Shown one piece after another: positions 1 to 14,719 of a DNA stretch of 64,000 nt. Source of the DNA: Octopus vulgaris (Eukaryota). The position numbers and the translations under genes were made by a program. The notes beneath the pieces were generated by a model. It ran no database searches and was not told the origin of the DNA. It was given only the letters and a program-made list of their open reading frames with translations. The first letter of the stretch is position 1, and every line of letters begins with the position of its first letter. The stretch is taken from contig OX597822.1 of NCBI GenBank assembly GCA_951406725.2, forward strand, positions 43,772,001 through 43,836,000, given 5' to 3'.

Positions 1-1340
1 ATCTATATATATCTATATACATATATATATACATACATATATACATACACACACACTCACGTGCACAAAAAACACACATACTCGCACGCATACTCACACG
101 CGCAATGACACACACACACACACACACACACACACATTAACACACGCGCACAGACATATATATAGGCATGCAGTACGCGCATGCGTTTCAAAATTAATAA
201 AGAGGAACTCAAAAACAGAATGACATCCATACAGATACTTACTAATTTTGAGACGAAGACCGTGTATGTTAAATGGCAAAGATAGCGGTGGCGAGATTTG
301 ATCTTAGGATGTAAGTTCCGGGAGAACTGCTCCCTCATCATTTTGCAAAACGTTCTCAAGATTTGATAAAAATTCATAATAATAAAGGCAATAATACTGG
401 TTTCAAATTTGGGGACAACGCCAGCAATTTGGATGTGTGGCGGTGGGGGTGGGATGGATGTGTGAGTCGATTAAATGGGGCCTAGTACTCGACTGGTACA
501 TATCTTATAGACCCCGAAGAGATGACAAGCATTTGAACCCAGAACGTAAAGACGGATTAAATACTACTAGGCATTTTGACCGGCGTACTAACGATTCCGC
601 TAACTCACCGCCTTAATTTTTTGTCATAATAACAGAAGTAACACTCATAATATTTGCTCGAAACTTGGGCAGTATGTCTAGTGTTTTAGATTTCAGCGTG
701 GGGCACTTACATGGGTGGGTTTTTTTTATCGACAAGATGTCGCAAAACAGATGCCATTAGACAACAGATAACTGTACCCGTTTCTATTTAGCCATCAACC
801 ATCTTTATTTTTACCACGCTTCAGTTAATTTCAGTCGGTATCAGGGCCAATTCGTTCCTCTTCTTCTCCGTTTCCGACGGAACTTTCACGTCAGCCGTTC
901 CGCATCTTCCATTTTAGCGACGTAGGTTTTGGTCTCCCAGATTGGTTTTTAGAAATATTTCTATACGGGCATTCGTCCTTCTTCCCTCCATTCGGTCAAA
1001 TACAATTATATATAGTTGTTTTTTACTTTCTGTCTAATCCTGATTTGAAGGCCCGTGGATTTGTGGTTAAGAGTATTCGGCCCACGATTGTAAGCTCGTA
1101 ATTTCGATGCATCCACGTTCTGTATCAAGCTGAATCTCCTTTAGAATTATATTTTGGGTGCGCATGTCTGTATAATGCTCAGTCACTTGCCCGTTGATAT
1201 CACGAGCATGATGTTCCATTGATCGGATCTTCTAGAACACAGCGTCGTAATCAGCGGTGGATCAGCCTTCTCCTGAATGGAGTAAATGTCTTTGAAAAGA
1301 CACATTTTCGCATAATGTTCTGCAGTTTTTATTATATCAA

Positions 1341-2800
1341 TAGATTGAACCGCAAAAGAAACTCGATTTTTTTTGAAAATGTGATTCTTATATGGTAAAT
1401 TCTAAAAATTCATTTCGGGGATGTAAGTGTAAATATTTCAAGACATGCTGGTTTATGGCTGAGACCCAAATTGCAGGTAACATTTCAACTTTCCCTGAAA
1501 CGAGACACGAAAACGCAGCTGCGTTGAATGCCGTGGGTGGCAGTAGCAAACAGTTGTCATGAAAACCGAAATGCACGTGCGTCTCGTGGAGGGTATGGGT
1601 ATAAAACTCAACTTGAACCGCGTTCCTGGCATTTGTAGTTTGGATGCATCAGGTATAACCCGATTGTCAGCAGCGCGGAGAGACATGCTATCGGCCGATT
1701 TCAAGCAGGGTAGCGTTCCCTGGTTGTTGCGAAAGCTTACAATGTCCATGCCATCACAATCTATCGCCTGCAACAACGATACAACAACACCAACAGCACT
1801 GGGGACCGTGCTCGCAGATAGCGTCCCCGCGTGACCACGCCCAGACAGCTCGCGAGACCATTGGCATTAGAGAGCGACCCATCAGCGACGACACGGTACG
1901 ACGTTGCCGTTGTCCTGCTTGAGGGCCTGTTTTCACCGCCTCCGCTGTCAGACATAGTCACAGTGGGCTACACAGCACCGGCATTGGCGGCGTCAACAAT
2001 GGGGTTGATAGTCTTCTCTAACGAGAGCCGGTACTGCGTTTCCACCTCGGATGACATAGTGAGGGTGTGGCGTAAGAAGGATGAACGCTTTGTCGTGACG
2101 AGGGCTGCGAGGTGTGGCCAAAACATCATGGTATGGGGTACTATGAGCCTGAATCAGAGAATTGGATCCTATATGTTGCAAAATGTTGGTGGAGGCAGAG
2201 GGAATGGCATCGCAGTGCAGCCCTACATCGACCAGATCCTAAGAACTCACATCATGCCCTTCTTCGTGAGTCACCATAGCCAAGTGATCCAGCAGGACAA
2301 TGCTCTCTTCCACACGGCCAGGGTCACCATGGATTTCCTGCGTCAGTACAACATCAGAACCATGCCGTGTCCGACTCTCAGCCTGGATTTGAACCCAATT
2401 GAACACACCTGTGGGATGAAATCCCAAAACGACTGAACAAGGTGGTTCCAAGGCCCGCCGACAACTCGTGTGGAACTGGAGGTAGCTTTTCTCAGGGTGT
2501 GGGTACAGTGCCAATGTCTTTTGTGAACCACCACGTGCACTCCATGTACCGACGATGCATGGTTGTTTTGAACACCCAGAGCGGGGCCATACACACTATT
2601 GAACAAGTCCCGACCTACGATCTCGAAGTGCTGGATCCGTCCACTACCAGAACACATGACAACGACCAGTAGACTGTGGTCAAAGTGCATCCAAGAAATT
2701 GACTTTATCAGATTTATCAAAATTCATCTCTGACATAATGAAGTTAAAACATATTCTACAGTTACACACGTCTCGCGTTTCTTCTGCTGTTCAGAATATA
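1341..2800 (+). mobile_element. Tc1-like DNA transposon fossil
   Basis: Transposase motifs FSNESRY, IMVWG, QQDNA, SLDLNPIEH in ORF 1831-2436. Imperfect TIRs at ~1341-1366 and ~2773-2800. Frameshifted. Confidence 0.88.
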
Positions 2801-2951
2801 TTGGCTTTCTTTAGACCTTAGACTCTAGGACCTCTAGGACCCAGAGTGATAGATCTTCTGGATCATGTATGTGAAATATATCGGAGAAAACAGCTTTTGG
2901 TTTACAAATCGCGTTGTTTGCGTTGTTGAATGTACTGGTATTAACAGTAAG

Positions 2952-3184
2952 AAAGGCGGCGAGCTGGCAGAAACGTTAGCACGCCGGGCGAAATGCTTAG
3001 CGGTATTTCGTCTGCGTTACGTTGTGAGTTCAAATTCCGCCGAGGTCGACTTTGCCTTTCATTTTTTCGGGGTCGATAAATTAAGTACCAGTTACGCACT
3101 GGGGTCGATGTAATCGACTTAATACCTATGTCTGTCCTTGTTTGTCCCCTTTGTGTTTAGCCCCTTGTGGGTAATAAAGAAATA
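2952..3184 (+). mobile_element. SINE family S1, full copy with TSD
   Basis: B-box-like gagttcaaattcc and central gcctttcat..ggggtcgataaattaagtaccag. 15-bp TSD GGTATTAACAGTAAG at 2937-2951 and 3185-3199. Confidence 0.88.
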
Positions 3185-3544
3185 GGTATTAACAGTAAGG
3201 ATGGTGGTTTCATTTCTTTTAATGATGCTACCGTTTTCACGTGATTCTTGAATATTCTAATTGGTGTTGTTTTTGTTGCTGTTGATTTCGTCCATGTTGC
3301 TGTTACCGTCGTGTTTGTCGTCTGAACAGTTAAATATACTGGGTCACCTATCTGCTTCTGTAAGCCCTGTGGAAGTGGGGTTTGAAAGCCTTCTATTTCC
3401 GATACCCCGAAAGGAATATGTTGGAATTCGTTAGGTCTGGAGAGCTGGTAGAGTGCAGATGGCAGACCATCAACGGCAAATCGTTCATCTCAGCACAGCT
3501 TATTCAGCGTAGTGAAAGATGCGAGTTGAGGTAATCGCATACGT

Positions 3545-4410
3545 ATTTATACAAATGTGACTGAGCCCAGTCTTGCTGCATAATGAGGGCGGTTAACTCT
3601 TCTTTCAACTAGGGCAACAACCAAATGGACATTATGTCAAGTTATGTACATGCTGTACCGGTAGAGATTCCGTGAAGAAATAGGGCCTAAACACTCTTCG
3701 ATTTGTTATGGAGTACAAAATCATTACCTTAAGGGAATCATGTTTATGTTTCAGTATCACACGCTGTGCCCCCCAAAACTCAAACTGTATCTATTCATTT
3801 TGCCCCCTTAGATGAAACATGGCTTCGTCAGGAAATAGAAGTCTTTTGGCGAAATGATCCACCTCCAACCGTGCTTGCAAATCCATAGGGAACTCTCTCC
3901 GTTTTGGGTTGTCCTCCCGTTTTAGCCCTTGTATCATGTGAAATTTGTTGTAAGACTTGAATCCCAGCTGCTTGCGTAACACACACCATACTTTTGCCTG
4001 CGGCACTTTAAGTCCTCTGTTAGAATTATGGGTCGACTTCTTGGGGTTTCGTAGGTGTCTCGTGGCTGTCTTGTACTGTTTCTCTTCCATAAGCAGCCCG
4101 GCTCCAAAAACTGCTTTATCAGCCTAATGATGTTGTAACGAGGAGGTGCTTCTTTGCCAAACTTGTTGCAAACATGTCTCTGAATATAGGTTACCGATGA
4201 AGTTTTGGGGTATTCGAGCAAACGAAACGCTTTCCTTCTCGCTGGTACCACTATCTTGAATAACAGCAACTCTAATGAACAATTAAAAAAGGTGAGATCA
4301 TGAGTATTGCCACAGAAAACAGTGAGAGTTACCCTTCCACGTTACATTAGTATTCTTGTAATATATTCATTACAGAGCTCCTAGACATGTTTTATTTAAA
4401 TACCATTTAT
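3545..4410 (-). mobile_element. Tc1/mariner-superfamily transposase fossil
   Basis: HTH-like N-terminus in 3934-4269 and first catalytic motif LFPDEAMFHL in 3791-4090. Frameshifted; ends are approximate. Confidence 0.72.
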
Positions 4411-4481
4411 TCTGAATTATCCAGAATTAATGCCCAGTTGCTCTTTGAACCTGACTGTTAAATACTATTCTATTTGTTTGC

Positions 4482-4569
<88 letters not shown>

Positions 4570-5837
4570 ATATATATATATATATATTGACATTTCTATT
4601 CCTATATTTATCAACCTTTCATTCGTTTTGCGCCTCCTATATTTATCACGCATAACCCTTTACATGTAATCTTTATTTATATGTGACTTTATATGCATTT
4701 TTATATGCTTTTATGTTTCTTCTATACTTTTATGTATGCTTGGTTTTATTCTTTATACCCTTGGAGAATCTTCACGCCCTCATATACATGATTTATGTTG
4801 ATGTGTATAAATATATGATTCAATTACATTGATTGAATATCTTCATCTATGCATTTGCGTTTTCAATTTCCTCTACTTTGTAATTTTTCGCATTGGCTCT
4901 CTGCGAGAACTCCGTAAATAGCCCATACTTTCTATAACATACTTAATATGTATACATATATATATATATGTAATACAAATTGAAAATGCACTGGTTTATT
5001 TCAAAGATATTTTGATTGTTAAAAGTTGTGTTAAAAAGATGTGGGGTTATGTAGCAACTTATATGTCGCAATTTATAAAATTGCAACATAACTAGTAAAT
5101 AATCTATGGCAGTTATTGCTATCTATATCTGGACAAAATTTTGGCGGTCGTTTTTACTGTTCTTTGATATCACGTTCAAGTTATTTTGGAACCGGTTATT
5201 TATTTTACTAAACTTGAATATTTTTTTTAAGTTAGAAGAGCACATCTTAAAAACATTGAAGAAATCTTTAAAAGTTAGATATCTCTCAGTTCTGAAGCCA
5301 TAGTACCATTGAATGCTACCATTTCTTGTGCCTTGTCTTCACTGTAGATTTTTAAAAACGTTTCCGGTTTTTGCCTCTGACATTTGAGTAAAATGCTTTC
5401 CCATTAGCAATTGCAAATTTTTTACTCGATAACTTTAGTTTCTACGTCTGTCTGTTTATCAATAGTAATTTTAAAAACTGCTCAGTTATAAGGGATGTTA
5501 ATATCTGAAGATTTATTAAGATGGCGAGCTAGCAAGCTCATTAACATGTTGTACAAAGTTATTAGCGGCATTTCATCTGTCATTGTGTCTTGAATTCAAA
5601 TTTTGCCTTTCATCTCTTTAGGTACTTGATGCGTTAAGTACCAGCTGGGTACTGGGGTTCACGTAGTCTACTTACACTTCCCCCTCAGCCTTTTCTGGCC
5701 TAGTGGCAAAATTTGAAATCAATCACTGAAGGTTTGGTAGGATCGTAAGTTGACCTTCCTTTCGATGTCTTGTTAACCAAGTCATTTCATTATCGTAGTG
5801 ATTCTGCCAAACACCTGTATATGTATAAATATATATA

Positions 5838-5874
<37 letters not shown>

Positions 5875-6128
5875 CGCGTATATGTATTTACATACTGGGA
5901 ACCTTGGGTAAAGGTCTTCTACTATAGTCATGGGCCGACCAAAAAATTGTGAACAGATTTCGTAGATTTCAGCGGACGACAGGTAGCCTGCACCACTCCT
6001 TCGACAGGAAATCCATGTCGAGACGCTGCATTGAACCCACTCTGTGACTGCAGTGAAGGAAAATAACTGCTACAATAGAGGATGAGTAACATCTGTGCAT
6101 GTGATATGTCCGTCTGTCTATCTGTCTG

Positions 6129-6237
<109 letters not shown>

Positions 6238-6245
6238 TTATTTAT

Positions 6246-6281
<36 letters not shown>

Positions 6282-6563
6282 AGTTATCTGAGTTTATATA
6301 TATATATATACATATATGTGATGCATAATATATATACACACACGCAAGAATATATCTATATATATTATATATATAAACATATATGTACATACATATATAT
6401 GTATATATGTGTGTATGTGTTTATGTGTGTGTTTGTATGTGTTTATATATATACATATTTATAGATAGATAGACAGATAAATACATAGATATATCACATT
6501 ATATCCAACTATCTATAGTTATCTGATTTTATATCTACATATATGTATGTTTATATATATATA

Positions 6564-6610
<47 letters not shown>

Positions 6611-7789
6611 TATATGTTTATATCGCATCATATCATATGGAAAAGTTTCCATGCACATGATTATTCGTAAGCCACATCACGTTGCAGCCCTACTCACGTC
6701 ACACTATTCGTTTAGCTTACCATATCAGACCATCAACCTCCTGCCATACTGCCATACTCTAAAGCCAGACTGTGCCAATCACATCTACATTTATAAGCAG
6801 AACTAAGCGATATTTAATGAGATGAAAAGGAGTGGAAACTCATCGGTTTAGTTCCCATAGCAACACCAGGGAGCTCCTTCTATGTAGGTTAACCTTTGGG
6901 GCATAATAATCCAGCGATATTAAATATAGGTTCATTAAAAATATACATAAATGTTGACCAAATATTTCACCGTACATAGGTGTATATGAATTGGTAGCGT
7001 ACACATATAGAGACGCATATGTGTGTATAAGCTTTTTATATGTTTATACATTCTGATACATGTCAGCACACTACACAAACACACTTTCGTGTATAATACC
7101 GGCACAGATGTGTCTCTGTGGTGAGAAGTTTGCTTCCCAACCACATGGTTCTGGGTTCAATCCCACTGCGTGACCCCTTGAGTGAGTGTCTTAGCGGTAT
7201 TCATCTGTCGTTACATTCTGAGTTCAAATTCTGCAGAGGTCGACTTTGTCTTTCATCGTTTTGGAGTCGATAAAATAAGTAACAGTTGCTTACTGAGGTT
7301 GAACTTATCGACTGGTCCCCTTCCCCAAAATTTTGGGCCTTGTGCCTGGAGTAGAAAAGAACATATATTGAAATGAAAGTGTTCTTGGCGACTAGCTTTG
7401 CAAACTCCTCATAAATGATCGTTAGAGATTCTCGTTCTCTTTCTCCTCTATTTTTCTAATCACATTGGCTTTCTAAATAGTATTTGATTTCTACGAGAGA
7501 GCAAAATCTTTTGTGTATGCCATTATTCAGTTTTATTTCAAGATTCCTTGCCAATCTGAGGTTCCTTCATTGGGATTTTACCAAAATCAACGGGATATTT
7601 TGTATGTCACTCATTATTCAGTTTATTTTAAGATTTCTTCCCAATAGAGAATGAACCGGTTTCTGACCTAGATCCAAGTTCCTTCACTGGTATTTCACAA
7701 CAGGGTATTTTTGTATGTATGTATCATGTTTTTTCGTTTGTATGAATGTATCTACGTATGTATGTACGTGCAGATTCGTATGTTATATG

Positions 7790-9680
7790 TTTGTATTCTC
7801 ATGCATATAGTTACATATTTAGACATGCTCATATATATTTAAATGATGAAATTCTGGAAATTTTTACAGATTTTTACAGTTTCAATGATGGATTGGATCC
7901 GTAGTCTTCGAATTAGCTTTCTCCTTTCTGGTTTTGAGAAGCTTAATTTCTTAATATTCGTATTTAGGCAGTGTGTTACATATCCCAGGGCTCCAATAAT
8001 TACAAGTATAAACCTGAACTTGTAATCAGGATAAAGTAATTGCATATTTCTCAATAGTTCAGCGTAGGTGTTCTGTTTTTCACTGATTTTCAGCTTTATG
8101 TTAACATCCGTTGTGCATGTTCTCTTCTCTATCCCAAATCATCATATCAGGTCTCTTGCGCTTACATTTTATTTAGGTCTTCACTAGTACATTCCACCAG
8201 TATTTCTTTTTATTATGGGTTTTTATTTTTTTTTGTCCTAGGGATTATCCTGCCGACGTATTTCATTATAGAGTGTCCTAGCTACAACGGTATGTGTCAT
8301 CGGTAGATAATACAGCGGTGACATTTTCGGGCAACTGCTTATGATGTGGGTGATTTCTTCAGTGTGATTTCCATAAAGTCTGCATCGGTTATCACATATT
8401 ACGGACTTTCCTGCAACTCTATCTCTTTTGTGCATCAGTTACTTGGTTGATATTTCCTGTTTCTGGATTGCAAAAGCATACCCTTCAAAGTGGGAAGTAG
8501 TAATCCAGCTATTCGTCCATGATAAACTGGTTTGATGATCGATGTTACTATCATCACGGAGCTTTCTACTAACAAATCATGCATAGCCTTCTGCTCATAT
8601 AGGCGCATCATTTCATCTGATGATACGTTGCGGTAGAGTCGTTGCGACTTCTTTGGGCTTGGATTCTAGGTTATCAGACAAAGAGTGTTGCTCAAGGAGC
8701 TGCCTTCCATGTCTTATGAATTTATCAGCTCTATGTATGCAAACTTGGTCAAGGGATGCACTACGACACTTAGTGGTTAAAAGATCTTGCCTAATGGATA
8801 TGATGCGACATTCAAAGGCATTTTGGATCGATATTAAGCCTCTGTCACCTTGTTTTCGTCTGAGGTAGAGGCGATCTATGTCCCTGTTTATGTGGAAATT
8901 ATGTGTGCTTGTTACTTTTTTGGAGTTTTCACATCAATAGCTTGGATCTCATCAAGCGGTCAATCAAGCAGCCCAAATGTTCACTTGAGTACTGGCACTG
9001 AAAACACACGGGCCACTGTTTTATTGAATGCAGAGAGTTCTGAGGTTCAAATTTCCTTTATTTGGTTGTATATTCTTTAGTGGCATATGTTTTATTACAG
9101 GTGTCATTGTAAGATATGTCTTCATCCACACCTAGACACCTGTAACATTCTTCATCAGATACAGGAGAAACAGTCAAGTCATTGCTAGTCTGGTTTACAG
9201 TTTTCCCCCTTTTCACAATCATATAATAAAACTTATCATGACCAAATTCTAACCCTGCACATTTGAGAAAGATGTAATCAGGTCAAGGCTCCTTTTCATC
9301 TCGTTCATATTCTTTGTGTAAAGTTTCCACAAAGAAACAAGTGTGTAATTTTGGTACTTCGATCTCCTTGTGAACTAATAACATATCTTTCCGACTTCCT
9401 TAACACAAATAACAAAAGGTTTACAGAAAGTATGAACAACATACCAGAGAGGCTGTCCCCATGGAATATGCCTTCGCTATACTGTATTCTATCAGTGATA
9501 ATACAATCACTCTTTATTTTTAATTTTATAATGGTGGCCCACGATGAAGTCGGAACAGCTATGAGTTTGACTATTCCCACTGGATCTTTAGCAAGTTGAA
9601 AAACTTTAGCAAGTTGAAAAGCATCCATGTGTAGGGAGCAGAGTCAAAGGCTTTCTTGTAGTCTAGCCAGAATTCTGACT
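7790..9680 (-). mobile_element. Non-LTR retrotransposon fossil with C-terminal REL endonuclease (R4/Dong-like)
   Basis: RT motif GIFHGDSLS (9305-9628), zinc-knuckle remnant CRL...EEITHIISSC (8238-8435), C-terminal VIIGALG (7839-8054). Many stops. Confidence 0.8.
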
Positions 9681-9884
9681 TCAAAGGTTTGTTGATTAAC
9701 AATTGCTCGGCACATCTCCATTCTTCTATGTATGTATGTATGTATGTATGTATGTATGTATGTATGTATGTATGTATGTATGTATGTATGTATGTATGTA
9801 TGTATGTATGTATGTGTGTGTGTATGTATGTATATGTATGTATGTATGTATGTATATGTGCAGATTTGAATTTTTTTGTTTAAT

Positions 9885-10030
9885 TTGGGTATTCTCATGC
9901 ATATAGTTGCATATCTAGACATGCTCATATATATTTAAATGATAAACTTATGCAAAGTTTTACAGATTTTTATAGTTCCAGTGACAGCTTAGATCTGTAG
10001 TCTTCGAATCAGCTTTCTCCTTTTTGTTTT
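9885..10030 (-). mobile_element. Second 3'-terminal fragment of the same R4/Dong-like element
   Basis: Similar to ~7793-7935. Flanked by (TATG)n. Confidence 0.7.
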
Positions 10031-12300
10031 ATGTATGTATGTATGTATGTATGTATGTATGTATGTATGTATGTATGTATGTATGTATGTATGTATGTAT
10101 GTTTGTATGTTTGTATGTATGTATGTATGCATATCAACAGTTCACAGTCTAATCTGAATTCCGTATATGATTGTTGCCAACAGAAAATTGGTGAACAGTT
10201 GAGGGCGAAAGACATTGTAGGCTGTAAAGTTTTATCCACTCTTACCAAAGCATTAAGTGATATAGAAGAAAATATCTATGTCTAAGATACAATTCTTTTT
10301 ATATATCTTACAGCATTGAGTTTAATCTATATACGCCTGTATTTGTGTGTTTTTGTTTGTGTGTGTGTGAGTGTGTGTGTAAAAGACTGTCTCGACCAAA
10401 ATATTAATATTGTTAATCTCTTCTATGGCAATCAATAACCTTTCATCCGACAGTGAACACGAAACGATGTATGTACGAATGATTGCATGCATGTATGTAT
10501 ATATGCATGTATGTACGTATGCATGCATGCATGTATGTATGCATCTATGCAGGTATATATGTATGTATGCATTATGCATGTATGTTTATTTCCACGTGTT
10601 CCTTTCTGTTGAAGAGCGTGGGCTCGAATCGTAAAAGTCTTTCTCATTTTCCCGAGCGTCAAACTAAGACACGTGCTTGTTGTTTATACACCTGGTTTTG
10701 TCTTGTTTTTCTGTAAATTTCAACTATATATGTATGCGTGTATGTACAGATGCATGTAGGTATGAATGTATTTATGTATACATGTATGTATGGATGTATA
10801 TATGTATGCATATATGTATGTATGCATGTATATATCGATGTATACATGTACGTATATATATACATGCGTGTATGTATGTATGTATGTATGCATATATGCA
10901 TGCATATAGCCATGCATGTATGTATATGTACATGTATGGATGTATATATGTATGCATATATATATGCTTGTATATATGTATGTATGCATGCATGTATATA
11001 TGCATGTATGTATGCATGTATACATATATGCATGTATGTATGTATATTACCGTGCACCCACAGGCCTGAATACTCTGTGCAGCATACCACCATGAAGATA
11101 CTGTACAGCCAATGGCGAAATATTATCTATCATGGTAGCGAACATTCTTCCTCCCGACATGTGTGTGTTTGAGAGTGTGTGTGTGTGTACGTTAGTGTGA
11201 GTATGTTTGTGTGTGTGTGTGAGTGTGAGTGTGAGTGTATATGTGTGAGTTTGTGTGCGTGTCTGAGTGTGTGTTTGTTTCAGTGTGTGTGTATGTGTGT
11301 GTGTATATATGTGTGTGAGTATGTGCGTGTGTGAGTGTGTATGCGTGAGTGTGTAGGTGCGTGTGTGAGTGTATGTGTGAGTGTGTGTATGTGTGAGTGC
11401 GTGTGTGAATGTGTTTGTGTGAATGTGTGTGTGTGTATCTGTGCATGTGTCTATAGGTGCGTATGTGTGTGTGAGTGTGTGTTTGTGTGTGTGAGTGTGT
11501 TAGTGTGTGTATAAATGTGTGTTTGTGTGAGTATGTGAGTGTGTGTTTTTGGTCAATGTGTGTGTGTTTGTCATTGTGCATGTGTATGTATGTGTGCGTG
11601 CGTGTTTGTAACTGTGTGTGTGTGTGAGAGCGTGTAAGTGTGTGTGTCCGTGAATTTGTCTGAGTGTATGTGAGTGGACTGTGTGTGTGTGTATGTGTGT
11701 GTGTGTGTGTGTGATTGTTTCATTGCTATAATTTATTTTTTAGATTATATGCTCTATATTTGGTACAAATTCGTTAATTTTTGACCAGAAATGGAACTTT
11801 GCCTTCGAAGTCACTATGAATAATTGTTATTCTTATTATGTGTGTGTATGTATATGAATATATACATATATGTGCGTGTGCGTGTGTCTATGTATTTATA
11901 CACACACTCACATAAATAGATATAGGTATATATGCATATAACTATATACATATATATGTACATATATACAAAGATATATAAATAATTGTATATTATGTAT
12001 GTGAAATTAATACTTTCCATTTTTTACTTTACGTAGATATGATCATAGCTCCAACAAATTTCAAATTGTTTGTGGAGCATTCCAAATGAGTAAATTTTTC
12101 GCAAGAAAAATTAAGATGTGACTTATGTATTCCATGTGTATCTAATCACCACACAAGCATACGCACACATACACGCGTTGTATATATATATGTGTGTTTA
12201 TATATATATACATATATATACACGCATATATATGTATGTATATAAATGTATATATCTATATGTATATATATATGTATAAATATGCATATATATATTAAAA

Positions 12301-12620
12301 AAAAGACTCCGCCGGTTACGACGACGAGGGTCCCAGCTGATACGATCAACGGAACAGCTTGCTCGTGAAATTAACGTGCAAATGGCTGAGCATTCCACAG
12401 ACACATGTACCCTTAACGTAGTTCTCGGGGATAATCAGCGTGACACAGAGAGTGACAAGGCTGACCCTTTGAAATACAAGTACAACTCATTTTTGCCAGC
12501 TGAGTGGACTGGAGCAACGTGAAATAAAGTGTCTTGCTCAAGGACACAACGCGTCGCCGGGAATCGAACTCACAACCTTACGATCATGAGCCGAATGCCC
12601 TAACCACTAAGCCACGCGCC
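12301..12620 (-). mobile_element. tRNA-derived SINE family S3
   Basis: Minus strand A-box tggcttagtgg and B-box gttcgattccc. Decayed copy at ~1049-1260 (+). Confidence 0.8.
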
Positions 12621-12623
12621 CTC

Positions 12624-12831
<208 letters not shown>

Positions 12832-12886
12832 GGTCCCGGGTTAACCACAGTAAATAAGGTACTCAATACATAGCAGAGTAAAATTA

Positions 12887-12994
12887 ATTTATTATATAGA
12901 AGGAGCTTCTACAGGACTAGAACTGTTTCATTCAAAAGATTTCTCTTGAATGAAACAGTTCTAGTCCTGTAGAAGCTCCTTCTATATAATAAAT
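12887..12994. repeat. Fold-back, ~49-bp arms
   Basis: 12887-12935 pairs with 12946-12994. Lies between TA tracts, next to the family A array. Confidence 0.9.
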
Positions 12995-13172
12995 AAATAT
13001 ATATATAACGTGACGTATTTTTGCCATTTCAATATGGCTAACCCCTAAGGGTGGATGCTACTGTAGTTTTTTAGCCCCAGGGCACACTCCTCCAGCTGGC
13101 CATAGACACACTTTCTGTGTCCTGTCAGTATTTGCAAAGGGAAGACATCCTTCCCGTCTTCAACTTATGATA

Positions 13173-13217
13173 CACACGGACTCGAGTTTCGAGGTATTGA
13201 CCTCTCGTCAGCGTGTG
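13173..13217 (-). ncRNA. Type I hammerhead ribozyme, family A, inverted copy
   Basis: Exact reverse complement of the same motif. Confidence 0.9.
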
Positions 13218-13454
13218 ACAATCATAGTTGTCGCCGAGAATTAGATTTCCTTCACAAATACTTATACTTTTTCCAGCGTCCACTGTCGCTGATATTGAAA
13301 AAGTGAAATCAAACAATGATAAATATCAATGTGAGTTATATACAGTAGCGGTAACACAACGTGACGTATTTTTGCCATTTCAAAATGGCTAGACGCTGGA
13401 AAAAGTATAAGTATTTGTGAAGGAAATCTAATTCTCGGCGACAACTATGATTGT

Positions 13455-13499
13455 CACACGCTGACGAGAGGTCAATACCTCGAAACTCGAGTCCGTGTG
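13455..13499 (+). ncRNA. Type I hammerhead ribozyme, family A, copy 1
   Basis: cacacg-CTGACGA-GAGGT(caat)ACCTC-GAAAC(tcga)GTC-cgtgtg. Canonical core, 6-bp stem I extendable by tatgat/atcata, 5-bp stem II, palindromic stem III ACTCGAGT. Predicted cleavage after C13493. Confidence 0.92.
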
Positions 13500-13807
13500 T
13501 ATCATAAGTTGAAGACGGGAAGGATGACTTCCCTTTACAAATACTGATAGGACACAGAAAGTGTGTCTATGGCCAGCTGGAGGAGTGTGTCCTCCTGGGG
13601 CTAAAAACTACAGTAGCATCCACCCTTAGGGGTTAGCCATATTGAAATGGCAAAAATACGTCACGTTGTGTTACCGCTACTGTATATAACTCACATTGAT
13701 ATTTATCATTGTTTGATTTCACTTTTTCAATATCAGCGACAGTGGACGCTGGAAAAAGTATAAGTATTTGTGAAGGAAATCTAATTCTCGGCGACAACTA
13801 TGATTGT

Positions 13808-13852
13808 CACACGCTGACGAGAGGTCAATACCTCGAAACTCGAGTCCGTGTG
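13808..13852 (+). ncRNA. Type I hammerhead ribozyme, family A, copy 2
   Basis: Identical motif 353 bp downstream of copy 1. Predicted cleavage after C13846. Confidence 0.92.
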
Positions 13853-14225
13853 TATCATAAGTTGAAGACGGGAAGGATGACTTCCCTTTGCAAATACTGA
13901 CAGGACACAGAAAGTGTGTCTATGGCCAGCTGGAGGAGTGTGTCCTCCTGGGGCTAAAAACTACAGTAGCATCCACCCTTAGGGGTTAGCCATATTGAAA
14001 TGGCAAAAATACGTCACGTTGTGTTACCGCTACTGTATATAACTCACATTGATATTTATCATTGTTATATATATATATATATATATATGTATAGCTATAT
14101 ATTTATATGTGTATATGCATGTATAAATATGCGTATATATATCTGAATATATATATATATATATATATATGTATAGCTATATATTTATATGTGTATATAC
14201 ATGTATAAATATGCGTATATATATC

Positions 14226-14270
<45 letters not shown>

Positions 14271-14625
14271 CGTACAGGCATCCTCATTCATATCTATTCT
14301 ATATATTTATCTATCTATCCTTCTTTCTTTCTTTCCATACGTTATATAGGCACGTATTTTTGTGTACGGATAACTGCATATGCTGCACCGATCAGCACGG
14401 CCCAGTGAGTCTTTAGGAAGTTCTTATGGAATTAATAGTAGTCGATTAATTCTGCTTACCAAGAAGTCATAATTGGTACATCGACATTCTGTTCTGTTAA
14501 TTTCGTAGAGGAAATTATGCTGCGATGTATACGCTACGCTACGAATCTCAACGTGTTTACATATTATGTGAGTTTGATATTTGTATGGATTTGTGTCTGT
14601 ATACATACATTTCATGCATACATTC

Positions 14626-14719
<94 letters not shown>

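Larger units (their letters stand above)
13007..14066. mobile_element. HHR-bearing 353-bp repeat array (about 1.1 inverted plus 1.9 direct units); retrozyme/Penelope pLTR-like
   Basis: 13007-13390 is the reverse complement of the unit repeated in tandem at 13392-14066. Copies are nearly identical and flanked by TA runs. Confidence 0.85.

Noticed and set aside
12545-12620. tRNA gene (also 24730-24803)
   Set aside because: A and B boxes are present, but they run into repeat bodies with dispersed copies and lack a proper acceptor stem. These are SINE heads.
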